A DNA stretch of 62,068 bases from a virus (taxonomy: Duplodnaviria; Caudoviricetes): positions 1-62,068 of the IMG/VR virus record IMGVR_UViG_3300017989_000122; one strand, written 5' to 3'. Under the pieces are notes generated by a model. The model saw nothing but the letters and a program-made list of their open reading frames with translations, made no database searches and was not told the origin of the DNA. Below, one piece after another: positions 1 to 9,626 of this stretch; position 1 is the stretch's first letter; the number at the start of each line of letters is the position of its first letter. Position numbers and translations under genes: made by a program.

Positions 1-34
1 CTTCCTCCTCGGCTTCCTCCTCGGCTTCCTCCTC
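1..34. repeat. Terminal direct repeat (identical to 62035-62068); circular assembly overlap
   Basis: CTTCCTCCTCGGCTTCCTCCTCGGCTTCCTCCTC at both ends; joining the ends keeps a minus-strand ORF in frame. Confidence 0.85.
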
Positions 35-280
35 TAGGAGTCCCATCTCGGTCAGGACTTCCTGAGTCGACTCCTCGAGTTCGTCGTCCGGCGTGAGCTC
101 CTTCACCAGTTCCTCGAGCTCCGCGTCGATTTCCTTCTCGGTCGACTTTTCGGGATTCTCGATTCCGTCCTCGATGCCCAGCACCTCGTAGAGGTCGTTC
201 AGGGCATCGACCTTCTCCTTCGGGACGGCGGCCTTCCTCTTCTTCGGGGCTGCCTTTTTCTTCGCGGTTTTCTTCGCCAT
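1..280 (-). CDS. 5' half of a wrap-around Lys-rich/acidic (histone H1-like) protein; continues at 62034-61709
   Basis: ATG at 280 with GGAGG RBS; MAKKTAKKKAAPKKRK...EEEAEEEAEE; same frame as ORF 61709..62005 after the 34-nt overlap. Confidence 0.75.
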   Translation of the reverse strand, partial: MAKKTAKKKAAPKKRKAAVPKEKVDALNDLYEVLGIEDGIENPEKSTEKEIDAELEELVKELTPDDELEESTQEVLTEMGLLEEEAEEEAEEE

Positions 281-348
281 GGTCCGTTCCCTCCTTGTGG
301 GGGTTGGGGGTTGCTACATATATAGATACTGTATTGGCATCCACTTTG

Positions 349-975
349 TCACCGCAGTCCCAGTAATTTATGGACTTGGGCGGACAATCGCCAGCCGGGC
401 CGTGCATATATCAAGTCCAGGCAGCGCCGGACATTCATCTTACCATTACTGTCAAGTGGTTGGATGAACTTGGACGCGCCTGGGAACTCCGCGTCGAACT
501 TGTCCAGTACTCCGGTTTTTATCCAAGGGGCGGCAACGAGTTTGATTTCGTTGATACAGATTGTGCGGAACGCCGGATGGATGGGTGCATTTTCCTTTGG
601 ACTGATTGTAATCCACACGTTGCTCAATGCTCCCTCATCAATCAACCGGGTCGGGTCGACTGTCCCGTTCGTTTCGATGCACACCCATCCGTTGAATCGC
701 TGCAGTGTGACCAGTAAGGGGGAGCACAACTGGAGGAATGGCTCACCGCCGGTGAGGACAATTAGGCACCCCTCACGATTGTGTGGCAGTAGTGCACTCA
801 CTTCCTCGATGATTCGGATGCCGGTCATGTGCTGGCGTGCGGCGTGGTCGGTATCACACCAATCACAGTTGAGGTTACATCCGGCGAACCGGACGAACAC
901 GGCCAGCCGGCCAGCCCGCTCGCCTTCGCCCTGTATCGAGCGGAAGACTTCATTGATGGTATAGGTCTTGCTCAT
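349..975 (-). CDS. queE: 7-carboxy-7-deazaguanine synthase (radical SAM)
   Basis: EVFRSIQGEG, FVRFAGCNLNCDWCDT (CxxxCxxC), LTGGEP, IETNGT, WRLSAQVHK; ATGA overlap with queD. Confidence 0.95.
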   Translation of the reverse strand: MSKTYTINEVFRSIQGEGERAGRLAVFVRFAGCNLNCDWCDTDHAARQHMTGIRIIEEVSALLPHNREGCLIVLTGGEPFLQLCSPLLVTLQRFNGWVCIETNGTVDPTRLIDEGALSNVWITISPKENAPIHPAFRTICINEIKLVAAPWIKTGVLDKFDAEFPGASKFIQPLDSNGKMNVRRCLDLIYARPGWRLSAQVHKLLGLR

Positions 976-1367
976 GGCCGGTACTCCGCCCAAGAGGTTT
1001 CGGTCTCCCATACCTTGACCGACTCGACCCAGACACTAGGACCGAGATGGTTGCGTGCGGCATACCAAAGATGCCTCGCCATGTGTTCGGCTGTCGGGTG
1101 CACGCCGAGCACAACTGTCTTGTTTTTAGCCGTCGGTGACGACTCCTTGACGATGATGGCATGGTCCCACTTCTCATGGATGGTTTCCCACCATCTCGAC
1201 AAGTGACAGAAGTCCAGGACCATATCATTGATTAGTTCCTCAGACTGCAACACCACCTCCACCTTGTACGAGTGGCCGTGGATGTTGCGGCAGCATTCGC
1301 TGTCAGCATTAGGCAGAAAGTGAGCGGCCTCGAACTTGAACGTCTTGCCAATGCGGTACATGGTCAA
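972..1367 (-). CDS. queD: 6-carboxytetrahydropterin synthase
   Basis: FEAAHFL, CRNIHGHSY, MVLDF, WDH, PTAE, VWET motifs. Confidence 0.95.
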   Translation of the reverse strand: MTMYRIGKTFKFEAAHFLPNADSECCRNIHGHSYKVEVVLQSEELINDMVLDFCHLSRWWETIHEKWDHAIIVKESSPTAKNKTVVLGVHPTAEHMARHLWYAARNHLGPSVWVESVKVWETETSWAEYRP

Positions 1368-1419
1368 TCCCTCCTCTTACTATAACTTCGTTTCATGCTC
1401 ACACCTTTCTTCACTGACT

Positions 1420-1731
1420 TCATTGGGTCACCTCCCATCTATGGTCCAAATTACTTCCTTGGATTAGTACCCGCCCCTCCTTGGTCACGAGTCGCGTAAT
1501 TCCACCTTCGAGTTTCTTCGCCATTGAAAATACTGCGGCGAGATTGGTTTTAGGATGCCGGAATATAACCATACCTTCCGGTGGTGCAAAGTCGACTACG
1601 GCCTGGACGAATCCACGTGGTCGCTTGGCGACCGATGCTGGCCCCGGCATGTGGAACTCATAGCGGTTGTCCTTCCCCTCAATCCTACGCACGAGTAGGA
1701 TGGGGAACTGTGCGGCTCTGGTGCTCTTCAT
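1420..1731 (-). CDS. Hypothetical protein
   Basis: ORF in operon orientation with AGGA RBS. Confidence 0.6.
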   Translation of the reverse strand: MKSTRAAQFPILLVRRIEGKDNRYEFHMPGPASVAKRPRGFVQAVVDFAPPEGMVIFRHPKTNLAAVFSMAKKLEGGITRLVTKEGRVLIQGSNLDHRWEVTQ

Positions 1732-1752
1732 GTGGTCCTCCTTTCTTTCCTT

Positions 1753-3324
1753 TTAGAACGCATCTATCCAGAATCGTCCACGCCTCAAATCTTGCAACAA
1801 GTGGATACACCGGTGTGGGTCGCACTCGCCCTCACGGACGAGTATCGTATTCATCCGATGAATCCCCAATCGTTTCTCGTCCGCCGTTTGGTTCAGGCCG
1901 AACATCGCCGTCACGTGTCCGAACTTCCTTTTGTCCTCGGAGAAGTTTGCCATCGTCAGTAGGCGCACATCATAGCTGGCGGCATCCGACTGCGTGGCCG
2001 TGGTGACCAGGCAGTGCCGCTCTTCACTCATTCTCCGCATGGCCATCCACGTTTGATTCTGCTGGTGGCGGTAGTCCCGTTTGCCGTCGATGGGTGCGAG
2101 GATATCGGCGTAGTCAATCGCAATTATGTCAGGGATGAAGTTCTCGTACCGCCCCCACATGTTCAACTGGCGGTCGAGGTCGGCAATGCTGACGGAGTCA
2201 TTGGGGAACGCGGCCAGCTTCAACTGCCTCCCTTTCGCCTGTTTCTGGTATGCTTCAGCTGCCCTGACCCCCGCACGCCATGTCAGTGGTTCGACCTTGG
2301 GGATTTCCTCCCACCACATCGCCCCCTCCCACTCGCTGTCCTCGGCCCTCCTGCACGCGGTGCAGGGCATGTACCCAGCCGGCGCGGCCCTGATGATATC
2401 CCCGGCCGTTTTGCCGGTACAATCCCGCGCACCGAGTACCCTGCCCAAGTCACAGTCACACTCTCGCTCGTCCCGCTGGCATGACCCATCCTGGTTCCAC
2501 GCGCAGTCCATAACCGGTGCATGATGGGCCTGGCAATACCAGGCGGAGTCACTCCGTCCAGCGAGACGGATATGGATACGTCGGACCATCTGCCGGATGG
2601 ACATATCACCGACCGCGAAGAAGGCAACGTTGAGTCGCATCCGCAGGGCGCGTAATGCCAGGTCGGTCAAGATAAAAGTTTTTCCCCGCTTCTCCGGTCC
2701 CATGAAGGCGACGAATCCTTCCCTGATGAAGTGTGGCGATAGGAAGTAATTGAGGACTCCCGGCAAGGGGAGGATGGACTTGGGTGCCAGCTCGAATGCC
2801 TCCCTGATGACATCCTTCTCGGTAAGTGGGTTGATGCCTTCCGTGACCGGTCGCGCCGGTCGCCGATACTCGGCAATCAATTCCTCCGCCTTGTCCAGCT
2901 GGCCGGCTTGCCGGAATGAACCCAGTTCCTGCCTCGCCAAGTCGATGGCCTGCCCACGCAGGTACTGCTCTGCCTCATCCAACAGGTGGTCGAGGTTCGT
3001 TACCGATTCCTCCTGCTCTGCTGCCTCCGAAAGTCGTTCCAGCAACTCGCCTATTGACTCCATCAGTTCTTCATTGGCGCGTGGACGGTTCGCTTCCGTT
3101 TCGTAAATGGATTGGATGTTTTTCCCAGGCGCCTTCTTGTACTTGCCATGATACTCACGGCACCAATGGAACACCCTGCTTACGGCTGGCGACCGAAATA
3201 GTTTTTCCGCGTACCGACTACCGATGACCATTGGTATTACTTGCGCCAGGAATGACTCATTGGTTATTGCCCCGACCAGGATACGGTGCTCGACCGTATT
3301 ATCGACGGCTGTTAGTTTTGCCAT
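1753..3324 (-). CDS. Replicative DnaB/T4 gp41-like helicase with Cys-rich insertion
   Basis: Walker A GPEKRGKT, Walker B IAIDYAD, ATQ motif, NFSEDKRK; GGAGG RBS before ATG 3324. Confidence 0.85.
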   Translation of the reverse strand: MAKLTAVDNTVEHRILVGAITNESFLAQVIPMVIGSRYAEKLFRSPAVSRVFHWCREYHGKYKKAPGKNIQSIYETEANRPRANEELMESIGELLERLSEAAEQEESVTNLDHLLDEAEQYLRGQAIDLARQELGSFRQAGQLDKAEELIAEYRRPARPVTEGINPLTEKDVIREAFELAPKSILPLPGVLNYFLSPHFIREGFVAFMGPEKRGKTFILTDLALRALRMRLNVAFFAVGDMSIRQMVRRIHIRLAGRSDSAWYCQAHHAPVMDCAWNQDGSCQRDERECDCDLGRVLGARDCTGKTAGDIIRAAPAGYMPCTACRRAEDSEWEGAMWWEEIPKVEPLTWRAGVRAAEAYQKQAKGRQLKLAAFPNDSVSIADLDRQLNMWGRYENFIPDIIAIDYADILAPIDGKRDYRHQQNQTWMAMRRMSEERHCLVTTATQSDAASYDVRLLTMANFSEDKRKFGHVTAMFGLNQTADEKRLGIHRMNTILVREGECDPHRCIHLLQDLRRGRFWIDAF

Positions 3325-4282
3325 GTCGCTTCCTCCCTTGTGCATGTCGATATAGTCCCGCGTGTTGTGGGTCGACGCTATTGATGTGCCAGTCCAAGAA
3401 CTTTCTCCATGCCCACCCATGAGGCGGACGCCATGCGTAATGCGACAAGTCATCAGGGATATGGCTCTTACTTCCTTGCCGGGCTACCCACTGCATGATG
3501 TCCCGCTTCAGTAGGTGCAAGTCCGACCAGGCATTGTGTGGACGATGATACTCGCTCAACCCCCACACATCGTCCCCCTTCCGCTTATACCAACGCCGGG
3601 AGTGGATGGCCAACTTCCTCCTCCACTTCTCCAATGCTTCGTCATTCACTTCAGCCGGCGTTGGCTTGGGAGGAAACAACCCTTGCCACCCATGCCTCAT
3701 CGAAGTCCTCATAACTTCCACTGCATCCGAGTCACGCAAGTGAGATAGTATCTTCAGGTGCCTTCGCTGTACCCGGGTGTTTACCGGATACTTTCTTTCC
3801 TTCCGATATGCCAACCACTTCCTGAAGGTTTTGAGGAACTTCCTTCCCCTTCCTTGGAGGAACTCCTTGGTCGAGGACTTCTTGGAGGAAAGCCTTATTT
3901 TAATATAATATATTAAGGCTTGGTATTGAGGCTTGGTCTTAGGCTCAAGTCTAGCCTTGCTCAGTCCAGTCCTCAACAACGTCGCGACCCGGGTGTAGTG
4001 CAAGCGGACTGTGCTCCGTGCACCACCGGTATCCTTCACCTCAAGCAGTCCCTCTGACTGCAGTGACCGTATCACCGACCTCCTTTCCTCGGTCCTCATG
4101 CCGATACTTCTTTGCAGTCCACGCATGGAAACCGGGAACCATCTTTCACTCGAGTGGCCCAGCATCACCAGTACCGTAAGCACGGCGGTTTCCATCAGGC
4201 CCAGTTCATGCGTCAGGGGCACGTGGAGTAAGGGTCCTTTCCGTGATAGGAGTTCCCGCTCCACATAGTCCCGCGCCTTCAT
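3299..4282 (-). CDS. Phage replication initiator/replisome organiser-like protein
   Basis: N-terminal wHTH-like region, central WLAYRKE...GWQGLF motif typical of phage initiators, adjacent to helicase. Confidence 0.6.
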   Translation of the reverse strand: MKARDYVERELLSRKGPLLHVPLTHELGLMETAVLTVLVMLGHSSERWFPVSMRGLQRSIGMRTEERRSVIRSLQSEGLLEVKDTGGARSTVRLHYTRVATLLRTGLSKARLEPKTKPQYQALIYYIKIRLSSKKSSTKEFLQGRGRKFLKTFRKWLAYRKERKYPVNTRVQRRHLKILSHLRDSDAVEVMRTSMRHGWQGLFPPKPTPAEVNDEALEKWRRKLAIHSRRWYKRKGDDVWGLSEYHRPHNAWSDLHLLKRDIMQWVARQGSKSHIPDDLSHYAWRPPHGWAWRKFLDWHINSVDPQHAGLYRHAQGRKRHGKTNSRR

Positions 4283-4518
4283 GGGGTGGTCCTTTCAATG
4301 GTGGCCCCGTGGTCGACATCATACGCCGGCTGGGTGTCCCGCAGCAACCATTGGTCCATCATACGGGTGATGAGGTTGTCCGCTTGCTTGGCATTCTTGA
4401 ACTTCTTGGCGACCTCCCGGTCCACCGACCAGCCTTTGCCCGTCCAGAATATAGGCGTGCGACTACTGTTGGGGACTGCCTTCGTCTGGATGATGAATTG
4501 CCCCGTCGTCCTCCTCAT
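4279..4518 (-). CDS. Small hypothetical protein (resembles 10317..10553)
   Basis: ATGA-coupled to both neighbours; FWTGKGWSVDREVAKKF. Confidence 0.6.
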   Translation of the reverse strand: MRRTTGQFIIQTKAVPNSSRTPIFWTGKGWSVDREVAKKFKNAKQADNLITRMMDQWLLRDTQPAYDVDHGATIERTTP

Positions 4519-5411
4519 GGCCAAATCTCCTTCTTGAGTTTGTCAGCCTCGCACTGTGGCATGGCAGCGAGGTCCTCGTAGTCATCTTCCTCCAGGATGG
4601 TCACCGGCACATGGTCAGCAAGGGCATCTGCCAATCTCCGTGCCCGCTGTCGGGCATGGACGTCCGGGTCGAAGGCGATGACCAAGCCGGCTCTGTGCCG
4701 CCGCAGTAATCGTCGTTGGGCCTGGGTCACGCTGACGCCGTAGGTGGCCACCGCGCCGGGACCCATCCTCCATACATCGGCAGGCCCCTCTACCACGAGC
4801 AGTGGTCGGGTCCTTGTTGCGAGATGGAGTCCATACAACGTTTCCTTGATGGGTACCTCCTCATGCTCTGGGTCAGGCGAGAGCCAACGGACGCGGCTCT
4901 GCCGACCTGTGATGTCCCGGCCTTGATACGTCACGTACCGGCGGTTGACTCTCACCGGTGCGATGATTCTCCACTGCCACTTGCCGCCAAGGTGGGTCGT
5001 CCCGACCAGGCCCCACTGGAAGGCGATGGTTTCGGGGAATCCCCTACTATGGAGATATTTGCGATGACGGGTCTTCAATGGCCCGGATGCCGGGGGAAGC
5101 CGATAAATGCCCTTCCTGGCCGTAGTGAGCGTCGGTTCTGGGGTAGTCAGGTGAATCATGCGATACTCTTGGAGGAGTTCACGAGCGCTCCGGCCATCCC
5201 CGACCGCTTCCAACCAGGCCCGGACTTTGATGCCACCACATCGGTAGCAGGATAACCTTCCCGACTTTCGTTCGTAGCCGAGGTGGAAGGTCTCATCCTC
5301 ACAGAATGGACAACACATCTGAACCCAACCAGGACGACTGTGATGTGAGGTGGTGGACGTCGCCACGCCGAGGTCGTCAACGAGTCGGTCGATGTCGATT
5401 ATGGCACTCAT
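4515..5411 (-). CDS. DNA primase (Zn-binding domain + TOPRIM)
   Basis: CPFC...HLG...CYRC zinc ribbon; YQGR; VEGPAD; AFDPD. Confidence 0.9.
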   Translation of the reverse strand: MSAIIDIDRLVDDLGVATSTTSHHSRPGWVQMCCPFCEDETFHLGYERKSGRLSCYRCGGIKVRAWLEAVGDGRSARELLQEYRMIHLTTPEPTLTTARKGIYRLPPASGPLKTRHRKYLHSRGFPETIAFQWGLVGTTHLGGKWQWRIIAPVRVNRRYVTYQGRDITGRQSRVRWLSPDPEHEEVPIKETLYGLHLATRTRPLLVVEGPADVWRMGPGAVATYGVSVTQAQRRLLRRHRAGLVIAFDPDVHARQRARRLADALADHVPVTILEEDDYEDLAAMPQCEADKLKKEIWP

Positions 5412-5737
5412 GTGAGTACGACCTTATTGTTGACCAACACCTCGGCCCACTTGCCTACTTTGACTTGGAACTTGCTCGGCATCCGTTTCCACGGAAAGTA
5501 TTTGTCCTTCTTCAGAATGTACTGACGGAACAGCAACAGCCGGAAGCGGACCATGACATTCCCGGCCATCTCCATGGTCGTCCGGTCGAGATGTGGGAAT
5601 ATGTGATAGCCGAAGTCGAGGGAGAGGTGGGGGAATCGTTTTCGCTGCCTCGTCCCCTCATCATCGATGGCGTCCAGCTCCTCCATCGATACGATGTTCG
5701 ACGGGATGGGCACCCCCTTGAACTTTGTCCTTCTCAT
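5408..5737 (-). CDS. Hypothetical protein
   Basis: AGGAGGAG RBS before ATG 5737; coupled to primase. Confidence 0.55.
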   Translation of the reverse strand: MRRTKFKGVPIPSNIVSMEELDAIDDEGTRQRKRFPHLSLDFGYHIFPHLDRTTMEMAGNVMVRFRLLLFRQYILKKDKYFPWKRMPSKFQVKVGKWAEVLVNNKVVLT

Positions 5738-5748
5738 GGTGGCTCCTC

Positions 5749-6243
5749 CTATGCGAAGGCGTATTTGAGTTCCTGGAAGGTTATACGGATGGTTTTCCTT
5801 GACCATCCCCTGTCCAGTAGTTGGCGTTTCAGTTTTCCTTTGGCACCCCAGGCGACCAACTCCCCTGGCGAGTCTAGCACCAATCCGACGACGAGGCGCG
5901 CCTCATTCGACAACCCCTCCACCTTTTCGTGGAACGATTGAAGGACATCCTCCTGGGTGGGGACGTAACGGAGTAGTTCGTCAACGCCATCCTTCGGAGG
6001 AGTCAGTCGATGATAGTGGCGGCAGAAGTTGGCGAGGCGGCTCTTGATGACCCGATTGGCATAGGGCGAAATGCCGATGCCCTTCCGCTTGTCCCAGCGA
6101 TGGCAGGCGCGGATGAAGGCCAGGCGGGCTTCCGCTTCCACTTCATCGAAGGGGACGCCGGTCGTGATATGCCAGCTGTTGGCCCTGGCTATAATGAGTG
6201 GCCTGTGCCGTTTGAGTTCGGCGGCAATTTGTCGCGATGTCAT
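5749..6243 (-). CDS. Phage sigma70-family-like sigma factor
   Basis: Region-2-like FDEVEAEARLAFIRACHRWDKRKG...SPYANRVIKSRLANF. Confidence 0.7.
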   Translation of the reverse strand: MTSRQIAAELKRHRPLIIARANSWHITTGVPFDEVEAEARLAFIRACHRWDKRKGIGISPYANRVIKSRLANFCRHYHRLTPPKDGVDELLRYVPTQEDVLQSFHEKVEGLSNEARLVVGLVLDSPGELVAWGAKGKLKRQLLDRGWSRKTIRITFQELKYAFA

Positions 6244-6414
6244 TTCCGGTGGCTCCTTACTTGAATAGATACATGGATAGGATGTAGATTACCCCAATGA
6301 GAATTGTCCACCATAAGAAATTGCGAACTATCTCGGCGGGGTTGACTGCATTCTTCTTCTCCTGCATAGCCACGCGGCGGTGCAGGTCCTGGATTTGTCG
6401 GGGCGTGTAGACTT

Positions 6415-6690
6415 TCATGTCGCACTCCTCTTGCTGAACTGCGGTGGCAGTGGCTCCTTCACTTTGGCATCGCTGTCGATGTAGGTTCCCTGGCTGGCGA
6501 GGTAGTCACGAAGGACATCCTCCAGTAGTCCGGCCACGGTCATGTTATGCCGCCGTGCGTGTGCCAGGAACTCCTGCTTGACGACTCGACGGAAACCGTG
6601 AATTGTCCACAAGGCGTTCTCTCCTTGCTGTGGTTTCCACTTCCTTTTTCCTATGCTGGTGTTCCTCGCTTGGCTCTTGGGCTGTGCCAT
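6415..6690 (-). CDS. Ribbon-helix-helix (Arc/CopG-like) DNA-binding protein
   Basis: WTIHGF strand followed by VKQEFLAHARRHNMTVAGLLEDVLRDYL helices. Confidence 0.6.
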   Translation of the reverse strand: MAQPKSQARNTSIGKRKWKPQQGENALWTIHGFRRVVKQEFLAHARRHNMTVAGLLEDVLRDYLASQGTYIDSDAKVKEPLPPQFSKRSAT

Positions 6691-6704
6691 GTTGGGCCTC
6701 CTTT

Positions 6705-7076
6705 CTAAAAGGTTTTGTAGATGAAGAACTTGTTCCAGTGATACGCCACACCTTCTCCTCGTCCCATCATCTTGAGAAGGTCTACCAGTTGCTTCAGTGG
6801 ATGGATATCTGGTTTGACCTCGAAGATTTGTTGGATACGATAAAGCTTGGCGCGGCGGTTAGGGATGAGATGTGGTTCGGGAATGTGGATGTAGGCCAAC
6901 CTGCACTCCTTCTTTGCGAGGTTCAGTCCTTTCCACCCACTCTTTCGTTTCACCAGCCATATTATAGCACGGATGGTATCGGGATGCGAGGCCTGGTATT
7001 CGTATATGCGGCTTCCAACCGCAATACAAACCCAGGTTGCACCATAGCTCTCGATGAAAGGTTCAGGTCTACTCAT
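6705..7076 (-). CDS. Hypothetical protein
   Basis: ATGA-coupled to the SNF2 helicase; RBS present. Confidence 0.55.
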   Translation of the reverse strand: MSRPEPFIESYGATWVCIAVGSRIYEYQASHPDTIRAIIWLVKRKSGWKGLNLAKKECRLAYIHIPEPHLIPNRRAKLYRIQQIFEVKPDIHPLKQLVDLLKMMGRGEGVAYHWNKFFIYKTF

Positions 7077-9037
7077 CGTCCGTCCTCCTTCTGCTTGAGG
7101 TTATCGAGTAGTTCGACCAGCAGTGACTCATCTTGGATATCCTTCCCATCGAGGACCGATGCCAGGACCTGCCTCTTCTTGTCTAGCAGTGCGGCGATTT
7201 CCTCCTCCACACTGTCGGCCAATAGGATGTAGTATGCCGTGACGCTGTCGGCTTCCTGACCAATACGATGGATTCGGTCCTCCGCTTGGTCATGTTCGCC
7301 GGGAGTCCATCCCAGTTCCAGGAAGCAGGTTGCGTTCGCGGCGGTCAGCGTGATACCCACACCAGCCGCCTTGATGTTACCGATGAATAACCGCACCTTG
7401 GGATTCTTTTGGAACTGGTCGACCGCCTCCTGCCTCGCCTTCAATGGAGTGGAACCGTCGACGCGAACCGTCTCACCCGGGTAATCCGCCTCCAGTGCAT
7501 CCAGCGTGGCCTTGTGGGTGGCGAACACCACCAGCTTGCCACCGGTGGCATCCAAGGTATCCTGTATCCAGCCAAGGGCCTCGAACAACTTCGCCTTCAC
7601 GGCCAGTTGTTTCAATGCCTCCATCCTGGTCAGGGCCTCGGCTCGTTGGGCCGCCTCCAACTTCTCCGGGTCGACTTCCCCCAGCCATCCTAGGAAGTTC
7701 CGTTCGGCTATTCGGTAGTTCTCCATCATGGCCGAAGCCCCTTCCACGGGTACGACCACACGGACCTTCGGTGGCAGTTCCTTCAACACGTCCGCCTTCA
7801 GTCGCCGGAGCATCAGTCCCGAGCCGACCAGACTGGTATGCAGTTCATCGGTATGGCTCGCCCCACTGAAATCCCAGCCGAACCGATTGTGGCGTGCACC
7901 GCAATACCTCTGGGCGAACTTCCAGAATGATTTGTAGTTCACTCCGTCGATGAGGTTCAACGTGGTGAAGAATTCCACCGGCCTGTTTGTGATGGGAGTC
8001 CCAGATAGGGCAATGATGTTCTTGCATGACTTGGCCAGCCGCTGTGCTGCCTTGGTCCGCTTCGCCTTTTGATTCTTGATGTAGTGGCACTCATCCAGAA
8101 TCAGGGAGGGCGCCTTCACCTTAGTCAGTCGCGGTGCCCAATCATTTAAGATGTCGTAGTTGATGATGACCCAACCATCCTTCTTCACCGATGCCTTCTG
8201 GCCGTTGGGTCGTCCGTTGATGATGACGGCATGCTTGCCCGTCCATCGCTTGAGCTCCCGTGCCCAATTCAGTTTTAGTGACGCGGGACACACCACGATG
8301 GCTGGCAGTGCTTCGACCTGCTCTACGGCACCGATGGCCTGGATTGTTTTCCCAAGGCCCATCTCGTCGCCGAGCAGGCACCGGCAATCCTGTTTGACCA
8401 AGTGCCGGATACCGTCCTGCTGGAAGGGATAGGCGGCTTCAGCGATGGCCACGGGGAGTGGTGCCTTTGCTGCCACCTCGTTCTTGGCTCGGGCTTCATC
8501 GAGTGATGCCTTCAGCTCGACCATCTGTGGGTTGTGCTTCAGGTCGTCACCGAGGAAGTCGATTACCTTGTCAGCGATTCCTTTCTCGTAAGGGATTGCC
8601 CATGCTTTCCTTTCCTTGTCCCACCGGCGACCCGGGATGGTCTTGACTTTCTCCACCAGCTTCGGGTCGTAAGGGAATCGGATGAGTATTTCCTCAGCAT
8701 GCTCCGTCAGCTCAGCTCGACGGACCGGTAAGGTGGTGGCTCTCGTCGTTTGCCTTCTCCTTCTGGTCGACTTCGGCGATGCCTTGAAATCAGCCAGCTG
8801 GCTCTTGGAATAAGTCCGCAGCATCCGCCTTGCCGCCTCCTCCTGCTTGATGGTGAGGTTACGGCCAGCGCGGATTTGTTTGGCCAGTGAGGACCCGAAG
8901 GCCGCGTCACGACCGTTCCATCCGGCCTTGTTCTTCCAGCGAGTCGAGTGGGCCACCCGCTCATCTTCGGTTTGCCTGGCATCCATGAATAGGATGGCCT
9001 GGCACACCTCCTCGATGCTTGCGGTATTGGGGTTCAT
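7073..9037 (-). CDS. SNF2/SMARCAL1(HARP)-like helicase
   Basis: DEMGLGKT, DECH, LSGTP, GVGITL, QAEDRIHRIGQ; N-terminal HARP-like FPYDPKLVEKVKTIPGRRWD. Confidence 0.92.
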   Translation of the reverse strand: MNPNTASIEEVCQAILFMDARQTEDERVAHSTRWKNKAGWNGRDAAFGSSLAKQIRAGRNLTIKQEEAARRMLRTYSKSQLADFKASPKSTRRRRQTTRATTLPVRRAELTEHAEEILIRFPYDPKLVEKVKTIPGRRWDKERKAWAIPYEKGIADKVIDFLGDDLKHNPQMVELKASLDEARAKNEVAAKAPLPVAIAEAAYPFQQDGIRHLVKQDCRCLLGDEMGLGKTIQAIGAVEQVEALPAIVVCPASLKLNWARELKRWTGKHAVIINGRPNGQKASVKKDGWVIINYDILNDWAPRLTKVKAPSLILDECHYIKNQKAKRTKAAQRLAKSCKNIIALSGTPITNRPVEFFTTLNLIDGVNYKSFWKFAQRYCGARHNRFGWDFSGASHTDELHTSLVGSGLMLRRLKADVLKELPPKVRVVVPVEGASAMMENYRIAERNFLGWLGEVDPEKLEAAQRAEALTRMEALKQLAVKAKLFEALGWIQDTLDATGGKLVVFATHKATLDALEADYPGETVRVDGSTPLKARQEAVDQFQKNPKVRLFIGNIKAAGVGITLTAANATCFLELGWTPGEHDQAEDRIHRIGQEADSVTAYYILLADSVEEEIAALLDKKRQVLASVLDGKDIQDESLLVELLDNLKQKEDGR

Positions 9038-9041
9038 GGCA

Positions 9042-9425
9042 CTACTCCGTTTCCATGCCGCCGAGGAATCCCTCATGCTTGGCCTTGGCTGCATCCTTGC
9101 GGAGCTCAACTATCTCATCCTCGTCGGCCTGTTTGATTCGCTTACGGAGTGCCGCTAGCAGGTCGTCCTTGAACTGACCTACCGTGCCATGCCGGTATAC
9201 CATGTCGGTGAATCGTTCGATATCCTCATACCCTGCGGAGTTCTCGTGCATCATCTCGCGCACGTTTTCAAGGAACGCAACACAGTTACAGGTGAGAATG
9301 ACGAACGCCTTCCTTTCTTCGTTGGAGATTTCCCGCATGCTGGATGACATTTCGTGGAACGCGTCAATGCAGTCCTGCAAGTCCGAGGCGGTATTCCTCC
9401 AACGGCAGTGGCTCATGTTACCCAT
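9042..9425 (-). CDS. Hypothetical phage protein
   Basis: MGNMSHCRWRNTASDLQDC; RBS GAGGAGG. Confidence 0.65.
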   Translation of the reverse strand: MGNMSHCRWRNTASDLQDCIDAFHEMSSSMREISNEERKAFVILTCNCVAFLENVREMMHENSAGYEDIERFTDMVYRHGTVGQFKDDLLAALRKRIKQADEDEIVELRKDAAKAKHEGFLGGMETE

Positions 9426-9612
9426 CTCGTTCCTCCTCTGCTTCCATCAGTTCTTGTCTCTTCTCTTCCCGCTTGAGTTCTTCCTGGTACTCGAGCTCCC
9501 GTTTCTCTTCCATCGCTCGGTAGTAGGCCGCACGATTGAAGCGGAACATGTTTTCGAGTGCCTGCTCTTCCGGGTCGACCAAGCAGTCGTAGTAGTCTCT
9601 CGGCCTTGGCAT
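9418..9612 (-). CDS. Small acidic hypothetical protein
   Basis: RBS GAGG; coupled to next gene. Confidence 0.55.
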   Translation of the reverse strand: MPRPRDYYDCLVDPEEQALENMFRFNRAAYYRAMEEKRELEYQEELKREEKRQELMEAEEERDG

Positions 9613-9626
9613 CTGTTTCCTCTAGG

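Noticed and set aside
2320-2541. Intein in the helicase
   Set aside because: No C-terminal HN followed by C/S/T, no LAGLIDADG motifs, too short.
6240-6425. 61-aa ORF
   Set aside because: Overlaps the candidate promoter and RBS of the sigma gene; no protein features; likely intergenic.
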